Assembly (NCBI GenBank): GCA_964016885.1
Contig: OZ024740.1
Coordinates: 152,334,001-152,398,000, forward strand
Length of the DNA stretch: 64,000 nt
Reading direction: 5' to 3'
DNA from: Eledone cirrhosa
Lineage: Eukaryota
The notes below the pieces were generated by a model. That model was not told the DNA's origin. It saw only the letters and a program-made list of their open reading frames with translations, and did no database searches. Made by a program: the position numbers and the translations under genes. Of this stretch, positions 45,812 to 60,081 are shown one piece after another (position 1 is the first letter of the stretch; each line of letters opens with the position of its first letter).

Positions 45812-46844
45812 ATAGGTAAATATCTTTAAGTCGTTTGGAAGCCTCGACAATGCAAATGGGTAAATCTCCGGGTAACAAGATCCGGTGGTGGAGAGAGAGA
45901 TGTAAGTGGGTGTACGTTGAGATGCGTGGTGTGTATAAGACGTGTAGAGGAATGAAAGAAAGAGTATAAAGGATAAAATTAAAATAACAACACGAGAGAG
46001 AGTTACCTTGCGAGAGATTTAATTGTCCCTATATATTTCGGATTCACATGCATCAACTGGGGGGTTTTTCCGGGGTGGGGGAAAGGTTGTCTGTCGGAAA
46101 GGTGCGAAACGCGTCCTCCGCTGTTTCGCACCTTTCCGACAGACAACCTTTCCCCCACCCGAAAAAACCCCCAGTTGATGGATGTGAATCCGAAATATAT
46201 AGGGACAATTAAATCTCTCCCAAGGTAACTCTCTCTCGTGTCGTTATTTTTATTTTATTCTTTATACTCTTTCCTTCATTCCTCTACACGTCTTATACCA
46301 TACGAACATACTACACTGCCAATACAGAGGAACAAGGCAACAACACACGCATACACACACACACTCAAGCGAGACAACACACGCACACACACACACAGTA
46401 ACATTTAACAAACAGGCAGAGAATGGACTGACAGCCAGCGCCACTCCACTCCCACATTCGGCCGCTGACCTCTGCCCGACCGACCCCATTTCACGCGCAC
46501 TCGCGCTCTGCTGAATACCTCAGATATTCAAAACAACAAACAGCGGAGGACGCGTTTCGCACCTTTCCGACAGACAACCTTTCCCCACCCCGGAAAAAAC
46601 TCCCAGTTGATGGATGTGAATCCGAAATATATAGAGACAATTAAATCTCTACCAAGGTAACTCTCTCTCGTGTTGTTATTTTTATTTTATCCTTTATACT
46701 CTTTCCTTCATTCCCCTACACGTCTTATACACACCACGCATCTCAACGTACACCCACTTACATCTCTCTCTCCACCACCTGATCTTGTTACCCGGAGATT
46801 TACCCATTTGCATTGTCGAGGCTTCCAAACGACTTAAAGATATT

Positions 46845-46848
<4 letters not shown>
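45812..46848. repeat. Large fold-back element
   Basis: 45814-46125 is inverted at 46540-46848, with an extra inverted partial copy at 46123-46298. Confidence 0.9.
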
Positions 46849-46917
<69 letters not shown>

Positions 46918-47625
46918 ATATATATAGTGAGTATAAATCGAAGTTGTAGCTACAACATTATATCTTGTAAACCTGCCAGAAAATACGAATTTCCCTGTAA
47001 ATTGAACAAATTAGATACATCTTTAATCGATTTTCGATTATTGACCCCCCACCGTACTTCCAATCAACCACAAAGAAACATGTATCTGATGAGTATATAT
47101 ACCCATTCACTCTTAGTATTATTAAGAAATGCGCATGATAATTTGCATATGATTAACGCTCGTGTCGACAATTAAATAAGATATATAGTAAGAAGCGTAT
47201 GATAAAGTTATATTTGTATAACTACAGCATGTGTGTTTTCTGTCATGTTTAATGCCTATATAACAAATTTGGATATATATATATTTATACACGTTGCTGA
47301 AATAGAAACAAAGATTGGACTTAATTTAATGAATAAACAACGATACCCAGACCTCATGTTCCTGCGGCTTGAACTGTCTATTAAGATGCATGCGGATGTA
47401 CATCAATAGCCGAATGAAATGCCATTTCATCAGTGTGAAACTTGTCCGATCCTCCAAGTAAAGTTGCACATCAGAATGCATCTCGTAAATCACTGCGGTA
47501 GTAGTTAAAAATTAGAATTGGAGCATACTTAAAAATTAGAATTGGAGCATAATCAGCTCCTGATTATTTACTAGATTTCTATAAGAATATAGCATCAATG
47601 ATCTCAGTAAGCGGGTGGGGTAGTT

Positions 47626-47669
47626 GGCCTTGATAAGCTTCAACCAAAGCGAAACAAGTCTTGTCGGCT
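47626..47669 (+). ncRNA. U3-A8 variant HHR in a 316-bp tandem duplication (second copy 47942-47985 has GUC changed to GCC)
   Basis: GGCC-UUGAUAA-GCUU(CAACCA)AAGC-GAA-ACAAG(U)CUUGU-C-GGCU. Confidence 0.8.
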
Positions 47670-48111
47670 TATCTCCCCTGTTTGCTGAGATCAAAGTGAG
47701 TGAATTTGTCACTACTTTAAAACAATAGCTTACGGTCTTCAAAATGCTTTTAATTAAGCATAAAGTGTATTGCAAAATATATTATATATACATCCATATA
47801 TATATTGCTATTTCAGAGCTCCAATTCTAATTTTTAATTTCTGCTTGACCAACAACCGCTCTGAATAATCAGCTCCTGATTATTTACTAGATTTCTATAA
47901 GAATATAACATCAATGATCTCAGTAAGCGGGTGGGGTAGTTGGCCTTGATAAGCTTCAACCAAAGCGAAACAAGTCTTGCCGGCTTATCTCCCCTGTTTG
48001 CTGAGATCAAAGTGAGTGAATTTGTCACTACTTTAAAACAATAGCTTACGGTCTTCAAAATGCTTTTAATTAAGCATAAAGTGTATTGCAAAATACATTA
48101 TATATACATCC

Positions 48112-48234
<123 letters not shown>

Positions 48235-48394
48235 CTTACATATTTATTTTAATCTCACTTGAAATTTCTCTTCAGGAGTCTGGAACTGGTTCTTGGAGCG
48301 GCAAGAGCTCAGTCGTCGGAGTCCCGACTCTTTATAATATAACCATACTCTACTATTTCAAGTATCGAGTACTTTGTTGAGTAATGATCTAACT

Positions 48395-49060
48395 CAGAGG
48401 TTCTCAAACTTTTTAGACTACCGCCTCCCTCACGGCCACGTAACACCCTCAGTGGCCCCAACACTATTTTCAGAGAGACCTGCCTACACGTAAGTTTAAA
48501 CTATAATAAAGTAAGGAGTGAGGGACTGCGTCCAGAATATATTTTTTTATCCCGTTTGTAAAATAAGTTGGATTACTTTGAATAAATAATGAATGAATAT
48601 TACATAATTTATCTACTAGATTTCCTTATTCTTAATTAAATATAAATAATTTTGTTACTTATTCTAAGATTCACTTCTTTAATATTTCCAAATGTCAACA
48701 CTTCCGGTTAGCGATCGCTTAAATAAACATTCATATATTTCCGTTACTAATTTTCTTCTAATGCAGTTTATATATAATATCGTCTTTTTTTAATGTATCA
48801 TGGATTACGTTGCTGATTACATAAGACAGTGTAACGCAGTCTTTGTTCAATTTCTGTGGATATTGTCAATTTTATTTGATGTATCATATCTACATGCATA
48901 TATACTTGCGTATATCAATATGCACACTACGCATGCCAGCAGAAAATCACATAAAATGTACATAAATTGTAGCGCATATACAAATAGATGTGTGTTTTGG
49001 TAGTTTGTGGGGAAAAATATAAATATTGGGCGGTGGGGCCGCTAGTTCGCTGCTCCTGAA
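48395..49060. mobile_element. hAT/Charlie-like non-autonomous element, only the left end is clear
   Basis: Starts CAGAGGTTCTCAAAC after ATCTAACT; the right TIR was not found. Confidence 0.5.
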
Positions 49061-49064
49061 TATA

Positions 49065-49597
49065 TACTACTGTACGTCTGTATACATATATGTATGTACG
49101 TATACATACTTATATTTATGTATCAGCCGTACTAAGAGTGAAAAATGAAATTTCATTTCATTCTTTTCCATTTATCGTTTTCGGTACGCCCGGCCGACTA
49201 ACTCACTCGATATACAAATTAGGCTGCTCAGCCGTTAATATGCATAAGGAAAGTATATACTTTCAAACGTTCAATCATCTGACAGGAAGGTATACGATGC
49301 TGACGATAGCTAATAAGCTTGAAACTAGTTCATCGTTCCTTTGTCAGTGTTGAACAAAAGGGCGACGATGGTTGCCTAACACTGTACGACTTAATTCGGG
49401 CTGTTTGTTTACAAACAAACCGAACATTATAATAAATGTTCGGTAAACCCATACGTACATATATATATATATGCATGCATGTATATATATATACATACTA
49501 CTGTACGTCTGTATACATATATGTATTACGTATACACACTTATATTTAAGTATCAGCCGTACTAAGAGTGAGAAATGAAATTTCATTTCATTCTTTT

Positions 49598-49600
<3 letters not shown>
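49065..49600 (+). mobile_element. Dispersed family A copy with HHR at 49294-49336
   Basis: ACGAUG-CUGACGA-UAGCU(AAUA)AGCUU-GAA-ACUAGU-U-CAUCGU. Confidence 0.85.
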
Positions 49601-49634
<34 letters not shown>

Positions 49635-49638
<4 letters not shown>

Positions 49639-50802
49639 GAAGTTATATTTAATTTGTTGGGATTCCAACAAACTTAAAAGTGTATAACTGATATAGAGCA
49701 CTCAACAGCTAACTGGAGTAAATATTCAATATATTAATAAATGGAAACTATATTTATAATTATTTTATTATATATATTTCAAGGGTGACCAAGCCAATCT
49801 TGGTGCGCTTTCATCAGATAAAAAACAGAATTTGTTTTATAAATAGTCACATAACCATGGAAAACAACCTTGACGGTTGAAAATTCGCTGGATAGTGAAT
49901 ATTTATTAAGGGTAATTCAAAGTTATGTGTGAATATGCAAATGAATGTCCGAAATATTGAAAAAACAACCGTTTATTTAAATTACGCTGTGGGAAGAAGA
50001 GAGACAAAAGTAAAATATTAGTCTATGTAGAAATAGAGTGAAGAAAAAGAGCGAAGAAAAAAAATCATATAAGTAATCTTATTAACTCAGTTAATTTAAT
50101 TTAATTTAATTTAAATACTTACACTAAATATAAACTAGTATCCCTCATAATTTATCATCTATAACATGATATACCCATCTATCCACTCATATATCTATCC
50201 TTATATCTATCCTTATATCTATATTTTATCCTATGCTTCTACTATATATTTTAAATCTATTTTTTTATATATTTTAATATATCTTTATATTTATTTTTTC
50301 TATATATCTAATTTTCTATATACTTATAATAGTAAATAAATATTTATTATAATAGAATTCTAACAATTATTAGTAAATATACGTAACATAAGAATGTAAC
50401 ATAAACGTAAGACTTATTTACGTTATATGAGCTCATCCTCGGATAAGCTTCTTTCTTCGCTCTTTCTTCACTGTATTTCTTCACTCTATTTCTACATATA
50501 CTAATATTATACTTTTCTCTCTCTCTTCTTCCCACAGCATAATTTAAATAAACGGTTGTTTTTTTCAATTTTTCGGACATTCATTTGCATATTCACACAT
50601 AACTTTGAATTACCCTTAATAAATGTTCACTATCCAGCGAATTTTCAACCGTCAAGGTTGTTTTCCATGGTTATGTGACTATTTATAAAACAAATTCTGT
50701 ATTTCATCCGATGAAAGTGCACCAAGATTGGCTTGGTCGCCCTTGAAATATATATAATAAAATAATTATGGTTTTATAAATATAGTTTCCATTTATTAAT
50801 AT
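49635..50802. mobile_element. Family B HHR element with long inverted arms (HHR - at 49763-49823; + at 50700-50764)
   Basis: 49735-50065 is inverted at 50450-50800; core CUGAUGA-AAG..ACCAAG/CUUGGU..CUU-GAA-AUAUAUAU-A. The + copy has CCGAUGA. Confidence 0.8.
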
Positions 50803-51149
50803 ATATATATATATGTATGTATGCATGTGTGAAGGACCCCAAACATTTGTCAGGGCATTCCTCTAGGAGAAGGCAACTCAGGAAACTGGGATAACTCCGA
50901 CATAAAACCTAAGGCTCAGTAGTAGGCGATGAAGTTGATCTTTTCTTCTTTTCGGGATATAGCTACTGTCGCTCACAGAGTGGGATTGGCACAGTTCACA
51001 GTCTTTCCTCACTTTAAAAAAAAATCTTCAGGCACAGGCATTGCACGATAGCATTAATTAATAATTATTAATAATGTTATATCGTGCGATGGCCATACTC
51101 GATAACGAGGGGACAGCCATCATGTATGTAACTATCGGAAGTAATAAAA

Positions 51150-51740
51150 AACTTCATCACGATTGCTGGAATATTCCGCAAGACTGGATCAACAGTGTTC
51201 TGTTATCATTATACAAAGGCAAAATCGATATGTGGAAACAAACGTGGCATCACTTTGCTGGAAGTTGTTGGCAAGGCTCTCGCAAAACTTTTGCCCAACA
51301 GACTGGAAGCAGATATCTGTCCTTTAGCTATCCCAGAATCACAGAGTGGTTTTAGAAGAGAACAAGGAAAATGCATTGAGCAGTGTGTCCCTCTATATCA
51401 AGTTTTTGTCGATCTAACGAAGTCTTTTCACACAGTTAATAGAGATGCACTCTGGATGATTCTTGGAAAAGTGGGATGTCTACCAAAATTTGTACGTATG
51501 CTAAAGCAGCTGCACAGAAATACGAAAGCTCAGGTCACCTTCAATGGCCAACTATCTGGGAAAATCCCAATTGACAACGAGGTAAAGCAAGGTGATATTC
51601 CTGCTCCTACGCTTTTCTCTATCTTCTTTGCTACCTTGCTTTCCATGATTGTGACAGAGGCATTAACTTACAGTGCAGAACCACTGGAAAGCTTTTCAAC
51701 TTAAAAAGGTTTAATGCCAAGACCAAAACTTTTTAAGTTT
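51150..51740 (+). pseudogene. RTE-clade LINE RT fragment
   Basis: CGNKRGITLLEVVGK, PESQSGFR, FVDLTKSFHTVNR and VKQGDIPAPTLFSIFF. Confidence 0.9.
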
Positions 51741-51746
51741 GAAAAA

Positions 51747-51778
<32 letters not shown>

Positions 51779-51784
<6 letters not shown>

Positions 51785-53137
51785 TTAGAAATTAAAAATT
51801 AAAAAATATATGATCAACACTACTGTGTTTTTTTTTTTTTTGCAAAATGACAATAATTTTTTAGCCAGATAGAAATACCTTAATTCAAGTACATATAGTC
51901 CGTCTGTATCGATCTTGAGAATTTTAAATATTAAATCTATACTTACAGATGTAAAATGGCAACTGCCTGGTGCCTAGACAAGTTTAAATTTCAAAATTCA
52001 AACCTTTTCAGCAGATCGGGCAGAACTTCAAAACATAAACCTGTTTCACAAGGGATGTTATACTAATGAAATAATTAATTAATTACGGAACAACTATTTA
52101 TAAAATAATTATTAGTAGAGTAATCAATTTTCTGTGATCTACGGTAGGCACCCAGAAATTAAAATCACTTCTCCTAAGACAGTATCTTAAGACTGATCTG
52201 TCGCAAGCCTAATACATGTGCTTTTGCACACGACCTTCTCAGCATTCTGGCTCATATCCTTGGCGCTAGAAATAACAGCTGTGAATATGTGATTATGAAT
52301 TCAGCTCGACCGTAGGAGCAGATAATTGTAAGTATAGATTTAATATTTAAAATTCTCTAGATCGATACAGACGGACTATATGTACTTGAATTAAGGTATT
52401 TCTATCTGGCTAAAAAATTATTGTCATTTTGCAAAAAAAAAAAAAAACACAGTAGTGTTGATCATATATTTTTTAATTTTTAATTTCTAAATTGTAATGT
52501 AATGCTCAGAAGTATTTTTCTTAGAGCTTAATATTTGTAAATGACTACTAAACTGAAATTATCTGCTCCTACGGTCGAGCTGAATTCATAATCACATATT
52601 CACGGCTGTTATTTCTAGCGCCAAGGATATGAGCCAGAATGCTGAGAAGGTCGTGTGCAAAAGCACATGTATTAGGCTTGCGACAGATCAGTCTTAAGAT
52701 ACTGTCTTAGGAGAAGTGATTTTAATTTCTGGGTGCCTACCGTAGATCACAGAAAATTGATTACTCTACTAATAATTATTTTATAAATAGTTGTTCCGTA
52801 ATTAATTAATTATTTCATTAGTATAACATCCCTTGTGAAACAGGTTTATGTTTTGAAGTTCTGCCCGATCTGCTGAAAAGGTTTGAATTTTGAAATTTAA
52901 ACTTGTCTAGGCACCAGGCAGTTGCCATTTTACGTCTGTAAGTATAGATTTAATATTTAAAATTCTCTAGATCGATACAGACGGACTATATGTACTTGAA
53001 TTAAGGTATTTCTATCTGGCTAAAAAATTATTGTCATTTTGCAAAAAAAGAAAAAAACACAGTAGTGTTGATCATATATTTTTTAATTTTTAATTTCTAA
53101 ATTGTAATGTAATGCTCAGAAGTATTTTTCTTAGAGC

Positions 53138-53142
<5 letters not shown>
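51779..53142. repeat. Inverted plus tandem (~610-bp period) element in (TA)n
   Basis: 51779-52327 is the reverse complement of about 52557-53105; 52328-52533 is repeated at 52938-53142. Only a decayed HHR-like trace near 52058-52104. Confidence 0.85.
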
Positions 53143-53184
<42 letters not shown>

Positions 53185-53186
<2 letters not shown>

Positions 53187-53411
53187 GAGGTTACACAACA
53201 GTATGACTACTCCATTCAATGGAAAGCCATCACTAAGTCCAAACCATATGCATGGGGAAATCCGTCGTGTGGAATGTGTATTGATGAACGAATAAATATT
53301 CTAAAGAGATTATGCAATAGTGATTGTCTAAATACGAGAAATGAATTCTTCACACTTTGTCCACACCTCTCGAAACACCTCTTATATAACTACAAAGTTC
53401 TTATCAACTAG
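53185..53411 (+). pseudogene. PLE endonuclease C-terminal fragment
   Basis: IQWKAITKSKPYAWGNPSCGMCIDERINIL...LNTRNEFFTLCPHLSKHLL matches the CxxC..E / LNxRxE..CxH PLE tail. Confidence 0.75.
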
Positions 53412-53547
53412 AAACTTTTCGGACTTTCGCAGTTATCTCCCTTACACCTCTCGCACGCTTTTTAGTATTGCCTGTGTGAAGTGACGGTTTCCGCGGTATG
53501 CGCGTTCGTACGGTTGTCCTTCCTGTTCCGTATAACCATGTCCATTA

Positions 53548-53585
53548 CGAGCTGAGGAACTGCTAAGGTGAAACAATTGTTCTCG
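53548..53585 (+). ncRNA. Minimal HHR in the PLE 3' region
   Basis: CGAG-CUGAGGA-ACU(GCUAA)GGU-GAA-ACAAUUGU-U-CUCG. Confidence 0.8.
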
Positions 53586-53680
53586 GTACGGTGAACTAAC
53601 TGTTGTGTAACCACTTCTACATAACTCGTCCCATGGACTGAGTGCTCTAACACTAAGGATATTACCTTCCAGTGTTCTAC

Positions 53681-53718
<38 letters not shown>

Positions 53719-53771
53719 TTTCTGAATTTGTTTAGCAAGATTCTTTATCTGAAATCGTGTGTTGAAACCGA

Positions 53772-54298
53772 TATTGTTATACTTTGGGAGGGTCATGTTG
53801 CCAATAAGAAACACACGCACCAGTTGCTTTCACTTCAATTTAATTTATTAAATATTTATAAATTTACAAATTTATAAATTTCTGGTTGGTTGGTTGGTTC
53901 CACAACCAGATAGTTGTTTATATATATATAGTCATAGTTCTTTCGTCACACACTCTGTGACCTCTTCAGTGACTGGGGATTTCGTTCTTCGTTTCTGTGT
54001 CTTTCCTTTCTTCTATCCTACGCCATTTTCTTCTATCCTACGCCAACAAAATGGCGTAGGATAGAAGAAAGGAAAGACACAGAAACGAAGAACGAAATCC
54101 CCAGTCACTGAAGAGGTCACAGAGTGTGTGACGAAAGAACTATGACTATATATATATAAACAACTATCTGGTTGTGGAACCAACCAACCAGCCAGAAATT
54201 TATAAATTTGTAAATTTATAAATATTTAATAAATTAAATTGAAGTGAAAGCAACTGGTGCGTGTGTTTCTTATTGGCAACATGACCCTCCCAAAGTAT

Positions 54299-54306
<8 letters not shown>
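53772..54306. mobile_element. Near-perfect 530-bp palindrome with two divergent HHRs (- at 53930-53974; + at 54103-54147)
   Basis: AGUCA-CUGAAGA-G-GUCAC(AGAGUGU)GUGAC-GAA-AG(AA)CU-A-UGACU. Confidence 0.85.
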
Positions 54307-54362
<56 letters not shown>

Positions 54363-54367
<5 letters not shown>

Positions 54368-54842
54368 GAAAAAGTGAAACGAAATTTCATTTCTCACTCT
54401 TAGTAAGGCTGTTACTTAAATATAAGTATGTATACGTACATACATATATGTATACAGACGTACAGTAGTATGTATATATATATACATACCTGCACACATA
54501 TATATGTACGTATGGATTTACCGAACATTTATTATAATCCTCGGTTTGTTTGTAAACAATTAAGCCGAATTAAACCGTACAATGTTTAGCAACCATCGTT
54601 GCTCCTTTGTTCAACACTGAAAAAGGAACGATGTACTAGTTTCAAGCTTATTAGCTATCGTCAGCACCGTATACGTTCCTGCCAGGTGATTGAACGTCTG
54701 AAAGTATATACTTTCCTTATGCATATTAACGGCTGAGCAGCCTAATTTGCATATCGAGCAGTTAATCGACCGGGCGCACCGAAAACGATAAATGGAAAAA
54801 TGAAACGAAATTTCATTTCTCACTCTTAGTACGGCTGTTACC
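54363..54842 (-). mobile_element. Dispersed family A copy with HHR at 54628-54670
   Basis: About 1.1 units, TA-flanked; CUGACGA core, GUA triplet. Confidence 0.85.
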
Positions 54843-54853
54843 GTATATATATG

Positions 54854-54943
<90 letters not shown>

Positions 54944-55053
54944 ATATTCGACAAGGCCAGCCGTAACTCAGAATGCAATTGAGGCTACTCAACAGATGTG
55001 TACTTAAGAAAATACTATGTATTTTTAACGGTTCAACAGACTGGCAGAGGCAT

Positions 55054-55096
55054 ACAGTCCTGATGAAGGGTAATGACCCAGAAACATGTTGATTGT
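55054..55096 (+). ncRNA. HHR in a diverged family A relative (54945-55260)
   Basis: ACAGUC-CUGAUGA-A-GGGU(AAUG)ACCC-A-GAA-ACAUGU-U-GAUUGU. Confidence 0.8.
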
Positions 55097-55257
55097 TACT
55101 CAATGCCAGTGTTGAACAAATAGGTAACGATCGGTCACCGGCACGGCACAGCTTCAAATCAGGCCGTTTGTTTACAAACAATCGAACATTATTATTAATG
55201 TTCGATATAACCCATACGTACATATGTATATATATATGTGTGTGTACGTGTGCATAC

Positions 55258-55370
<113 letters not shown>

Positions 55371-55464
55371 CATGCATATATAAATATATGTATGTATGTA
55401 TATATATATTTATGTATGCATGTATTTATATATATATGCATACGTAAATATATATATATACATA

Positions 55465-55705
55465 TATGTAGAAGTTATATTTAAATTGTTGGGATACAAC
55501 AAGCAAATATTTTTATAACTGATATAAAGCACTCAACAAATTATTGGAGTAGAAATACAATATTAACAAATGGAAACTATATTTATAAAACCATATTTAT
55601 TTCATTATACATATTTCAAGGACACCAAGTCAAATTATGGTGCGCGTTCATCAGATAAAATATAATATAGATCAGTTTTATAAATAAATATTGACATACC
55701 CTTAA
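55465..55705 (-). mobile_element. Family B copy with HHR at about 55598-55662
   Basis: TATTTTAT-CTGATGA...CTT-GAAA-TATGTATA-ATGAAATA. Confidence 0.7.
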
Positions 55706-55872
55706 AGAATGCGACCATTTCTGTTGGAAGCTCCCGGATAGTCATATATATATATACATAAATATATATTTATGTATATATATATGTGTATACATGTATA
55801 TATATATATATGTATGTATGTATATGTATATATATGTGTATACATGCATATATATATATATGTATGTATGTA

Positions 55873-55915
<43 letters not shown>

Positions 55916-55944
55916 ATATAAATGTATGTAAATATATATAATGT

Positions 55945-56006
<62 letters not shown>

Positions 56007-56691
56007 TAAGTTAAAACAATGAAATGAAATGAAATAATATCACTTGATTTTTTATTTCATTGTTTTAACTTATCTCATGACTGTTTTCCTTTTAATGTTT
56101 TATTGTTTTCCGGGATTTATCTTAACCTACAACATTTTCAACATGGATTACATCGAGTTCTTCATGCAGAATAGACCTCACAACTTACTGTGGATACCTC
56201 TGAGTATATATATATAGAGAGAAAAAAGGTTCAGGACCCCGACGGCAGGGCTCAAGCCGATTCAACAGCTATTTCTGGATAGCCATCAAAACGGGTTGAG
56301 CTCTGCCGTCGGAGTCCTGAACCTTTTCCTATTACCCACTCTACTACCCAAAGTATCGAGAACTCTGGTGCGTTATGGTCAACAAGGTTCCTTACCACGC
56401 TTCCTTCATTATATATATATATATATTTATTTATATATATATATATATATGTTGATGCCCTAAGGACAGACACTGGTCTGTTGGAGATGCAGGATATGGC
56501 AGCGATAATGAGGGACAGAGACCGCTGGAGAGAACTCGTCCATGGATCTCGGGAATTTTACCCGCCTTAGATAGATAGATAGATATATATATATAGTAAT
56601 AATAATAAATTTGAAGACTAAATCCAAAGAGGGTTCGATAAGGATAAATATATAAGAACCGTATGAATGTAGGTATATATTTGTGTATATA

Positions 56692-56774
<83 letters not shown>

Positions 56775-56779
<5 letters not shown>

Positions 56780-57248
56780 ATTAAATAAATGGAAAACTAT
56801 ATTTATAAAACCATATCTATTTCATTATATATATTTCGGGGATATCATATTAACAATATGCTATGCCTTCATCAGACAAAATACAATATAAACAGTTTTA
56901 TAGATAAATATATTCGACATACCGTAATAAACATCAACTTCATTTGAAGAGGTTTACTCTAGCAGTGAAAATACAGAGAGAAAGAAAGAGAGAGAGAAAA
57001 GAGGGAAATAAGAAAGAAAGAAAGACAAAACGAAGAAAAGGAAGAAAAAGAAGAAAAAGAAAAAGAAGAAATGCATGGGACAGAATAGAGAGATGGAAAA
57101 ATAGATAAAGCGAAGAGCTTCATGTAAAGAGACAGAAAGAGATATATATATATAGAGAGAGAGAGAGGAAATAGAGATAGATACATATATAAATATAGAA
57201 AAATTAGGTAGTGGGAGGTCATTTTGAGTAAGTGTATCAATGATGCAT

Positions 57249-57283
<35 letters not shown>

Positions 57284-58098
57284 GCTCAAGTATTAATGTA
57301 AGGGAGATATATAGAGAGATATAGAGAGATATAGAGAGAGAAAAAATTTAAAAATAGCCAGACATATTCGAGGCGTAGAAAACCCTATGTTTTAATGTAT
57401 TAGTATTTATAAAACTTACACTATATTGTAAATATCAGTATTCCTGAATGAAACAAGTATTCACAATGCGTGAAAATTCATTATCTTATGTTTAGTTTTT
57501 TAAAAAATTCATATGTCTATGTGACAGCTACAACCATCAATGTGAATCCAACTGATTCACTCCGCAAATTCTAAGTTACTGGAAAACATTCTCAATGTGG
57601 TATAAAAATTTGAGCGTATTATTATTCTTGCGATTATTCTACAAGATTATCTATCAAGCAGAAATAGAAGCTCTTCGCTTTATCTATTTTTCCATCTCTC
57701 TATTCTGTCCCATGCATTTCTTCTTTTTCTTTTTCTTCTTTTTCTTCCTTTTCTTCGTTTTGTCTTTCTTTCTTTCTTATTTCCCTCTTTTCTCTCTCTC
57801 TTTCTTTCTCTCTGTATTTTCACTGCTAGAGTAAACCTCTTCAAATGAAGTTGATGTTTATTACGGTATGTCGAATATATTTATCTATAAAACTGTTTAT
57901 ATTGTATTTTGTCTGATGAAGGCATAGCATATTGTTAATATGATATCCCCGAAATATATATAATGAAATAGATATGGTTTTATAAATATAGTTTTCCATT
58001 TATTTAATATTGTAAATATACTCCAAATATTTGTCGAGTGCTTTTATATCAGTTATAAATATTTACTAGTTGTAACCCAACAATTTTAAATATAACTT

Positions 58099-58102
<4 letters not shown>
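56775..58102. mobile_element. Family B element with inverted arms (HHR - at 56818-56883; + at 57905-57970)
   Basis: 56775-57122 is inverted at 57668-58015; UAUUUUGU-CUGAUGA-AGG..CAUAUU/AAUAUG..CC-GAA-AUAUAUAU-A-AUGAAAUA. Confidence 0.8.
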
Positions 58103-58145
<43 letters not shown>

Positions 58146-58350
58146 GTATATATATGTATGTATATATATATATATATATATATTTGTGTATATATATATA
58201 TGTATATCTATATATATATATAAAGAATTAATATATGACGTAAGGCTTCTCTATAGTTATTACATAACTATATTTATCCCCTTACAGAAACTAATTAGTT
58301 GGAGTGAAATTTTAGTAAGTAAGTCAATTTTCATAACTTTCTTATCTACG

Positions 58351-58424
<74 letters not shown>

Positions 58425-58430
<6 letters not shown>

Positions 58431-58714
58431 AAAAAGGGATGAAATCGAAAATGCAACTGAAGTCTTATTTTTTTTTTAAATATATATATTTATTTGGTTC
58501 CTTTACCGGTTTCGCAGTTCTTCTGCTTTTCAAAAGGTGAGTTGAGATGGAGGGTCTGTGGTTTAAAAACCACAAACCACAGACCCCCCATCTCAACTCA
58601 CCTTTTGAAAAGCAGAAGAACTGCGAAACCGGTAAAGGAACCAAATAAATATATATATTTTTAAAAAAAATAAGACTTCAGTTGCATTTTCGATTTCATC
58701 CCTTTTTCTTTATA
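58425..58714. mobile_element. 290-bp palindrome with two U3-A8 variant HHRs (- at 58500-58537; + at 58601-58638)
   Basis: CCUU-UUGAAAA-GCAG(AAGAA)CUGC-GAA-ACCGGU-A-AAGG. Confidence 0.8.
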
Positions 58715-58769
58715 CTTCCACTCGTGTAGGACACCTCGGTTATTTTTCATTTTGTAAAAAAAACCTCAC

Positions 58770-58853
<84 letters not shown>

Positions 58854-59129
58854 TTAGGGTAAATATTGATGCAATTCAATTCAAGCACTCAACGTACTTT
58901 TTCCACATAGGAGTGACGGAGTAAATATCGAATAACTCAGTAAACGAATTTCGTTGAAATCGGCGGTAGCTAATGGTCAACTTCCTTCTGACATGCCCCT
59001 GCGCAGACCGGTGGGGATGAACGGGTACTCACAGGGGAACGGATGAAGAACCCAAAAGCACACACTTCGTCCGTTCCCATGTCCATTCAACTTGGATTGC
59101 CTCGGAAACATAACCTTATTATGTAACAA

Positions 59130-59203
59130 GCTGTCTGATGATGTCACGACACTCGCACACAGAACAGTGTGGCCAGTGTCGTCATTGAAATATATATCAC
59201 AGC
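59130..59203 (+). ncRNA. Type I HHR with extended stem II
   Basis: GCUGU-CUGAUGA-..ACGACACU..CACAC/GUGUG..AGUGUCGU..-GAA-AUAUAUAU-C-ACAGC. Confidence 0.85.
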
Positions 59204-59273
59204 ATTATTATTAAAGGACTTGAACATCTGAAACTACTACGCTTTTACTTATTCTATATATATATATACAGAT

Positions 59274-59344
<71 letters not shown>

Positions 59345-59345
<1 letters not shown>

Positions 59346-59701
59346 TTATGTATGAATGTATGTATATATATATATAGGTATGTATATGTGTCATTCTATG
59401 TATTTATCCATCGATGAATATTATATTTTTCCAGCCTAAAAATATTTCCAACTGTCCTGACCTCGTCAACAAAACTAAACGTCCACAGTCTATGTCGATG
59501 TAGTAATTAAAACTAGTAAGACAATAAATATAGAAGATAGTAGATGTACAGCCATAGGAATATAGACGTCTTTGGAGATTAATTAATTAAAGACGGAATT
59601 TGTTAGAAAAATACATAATTGTATAGAAAGGCAAATTAGACCAGTAAATAGGTAGAACACACACAAAAACACACACGCGCACAGACATACACGGGCATAA
59701 A

Positions 59702-59739
<38 letters not shown>

Positions 59740-59951
59740 AACACACACGGGCATAAACATACACACAAACACACACGGGCATAAACACACAGAAACACAC
59801 ACAGAAACACATACAAACACACACACACAAACATACACAGACACACACACACAAACACACAGACACAAACACACACAAACACACACACACAATATACATA
59901 TATATATATATATACATACACACACACATACACAGACACGCACACACACAC

Positions 59952-59989
<38 letters not shown>

Positions 59990-60012
59990 TTATATATTTA
60001 TATACATATATA

Positions 60013-60081
<69 letters not shown>

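Noticed and set aside
47084-47140. CUGAUGA...GAA-AUGCGCAU-G HHR-like motif
   Set aside because: No clear stem II, G at the cleavage position and only a 3-bp stem I; not counted.
52058-52104. HHR-like trace CUAAUGA...GGAA
   Set aside because: Two invariant core positions are changed in AT-rich sequence; could be chance.
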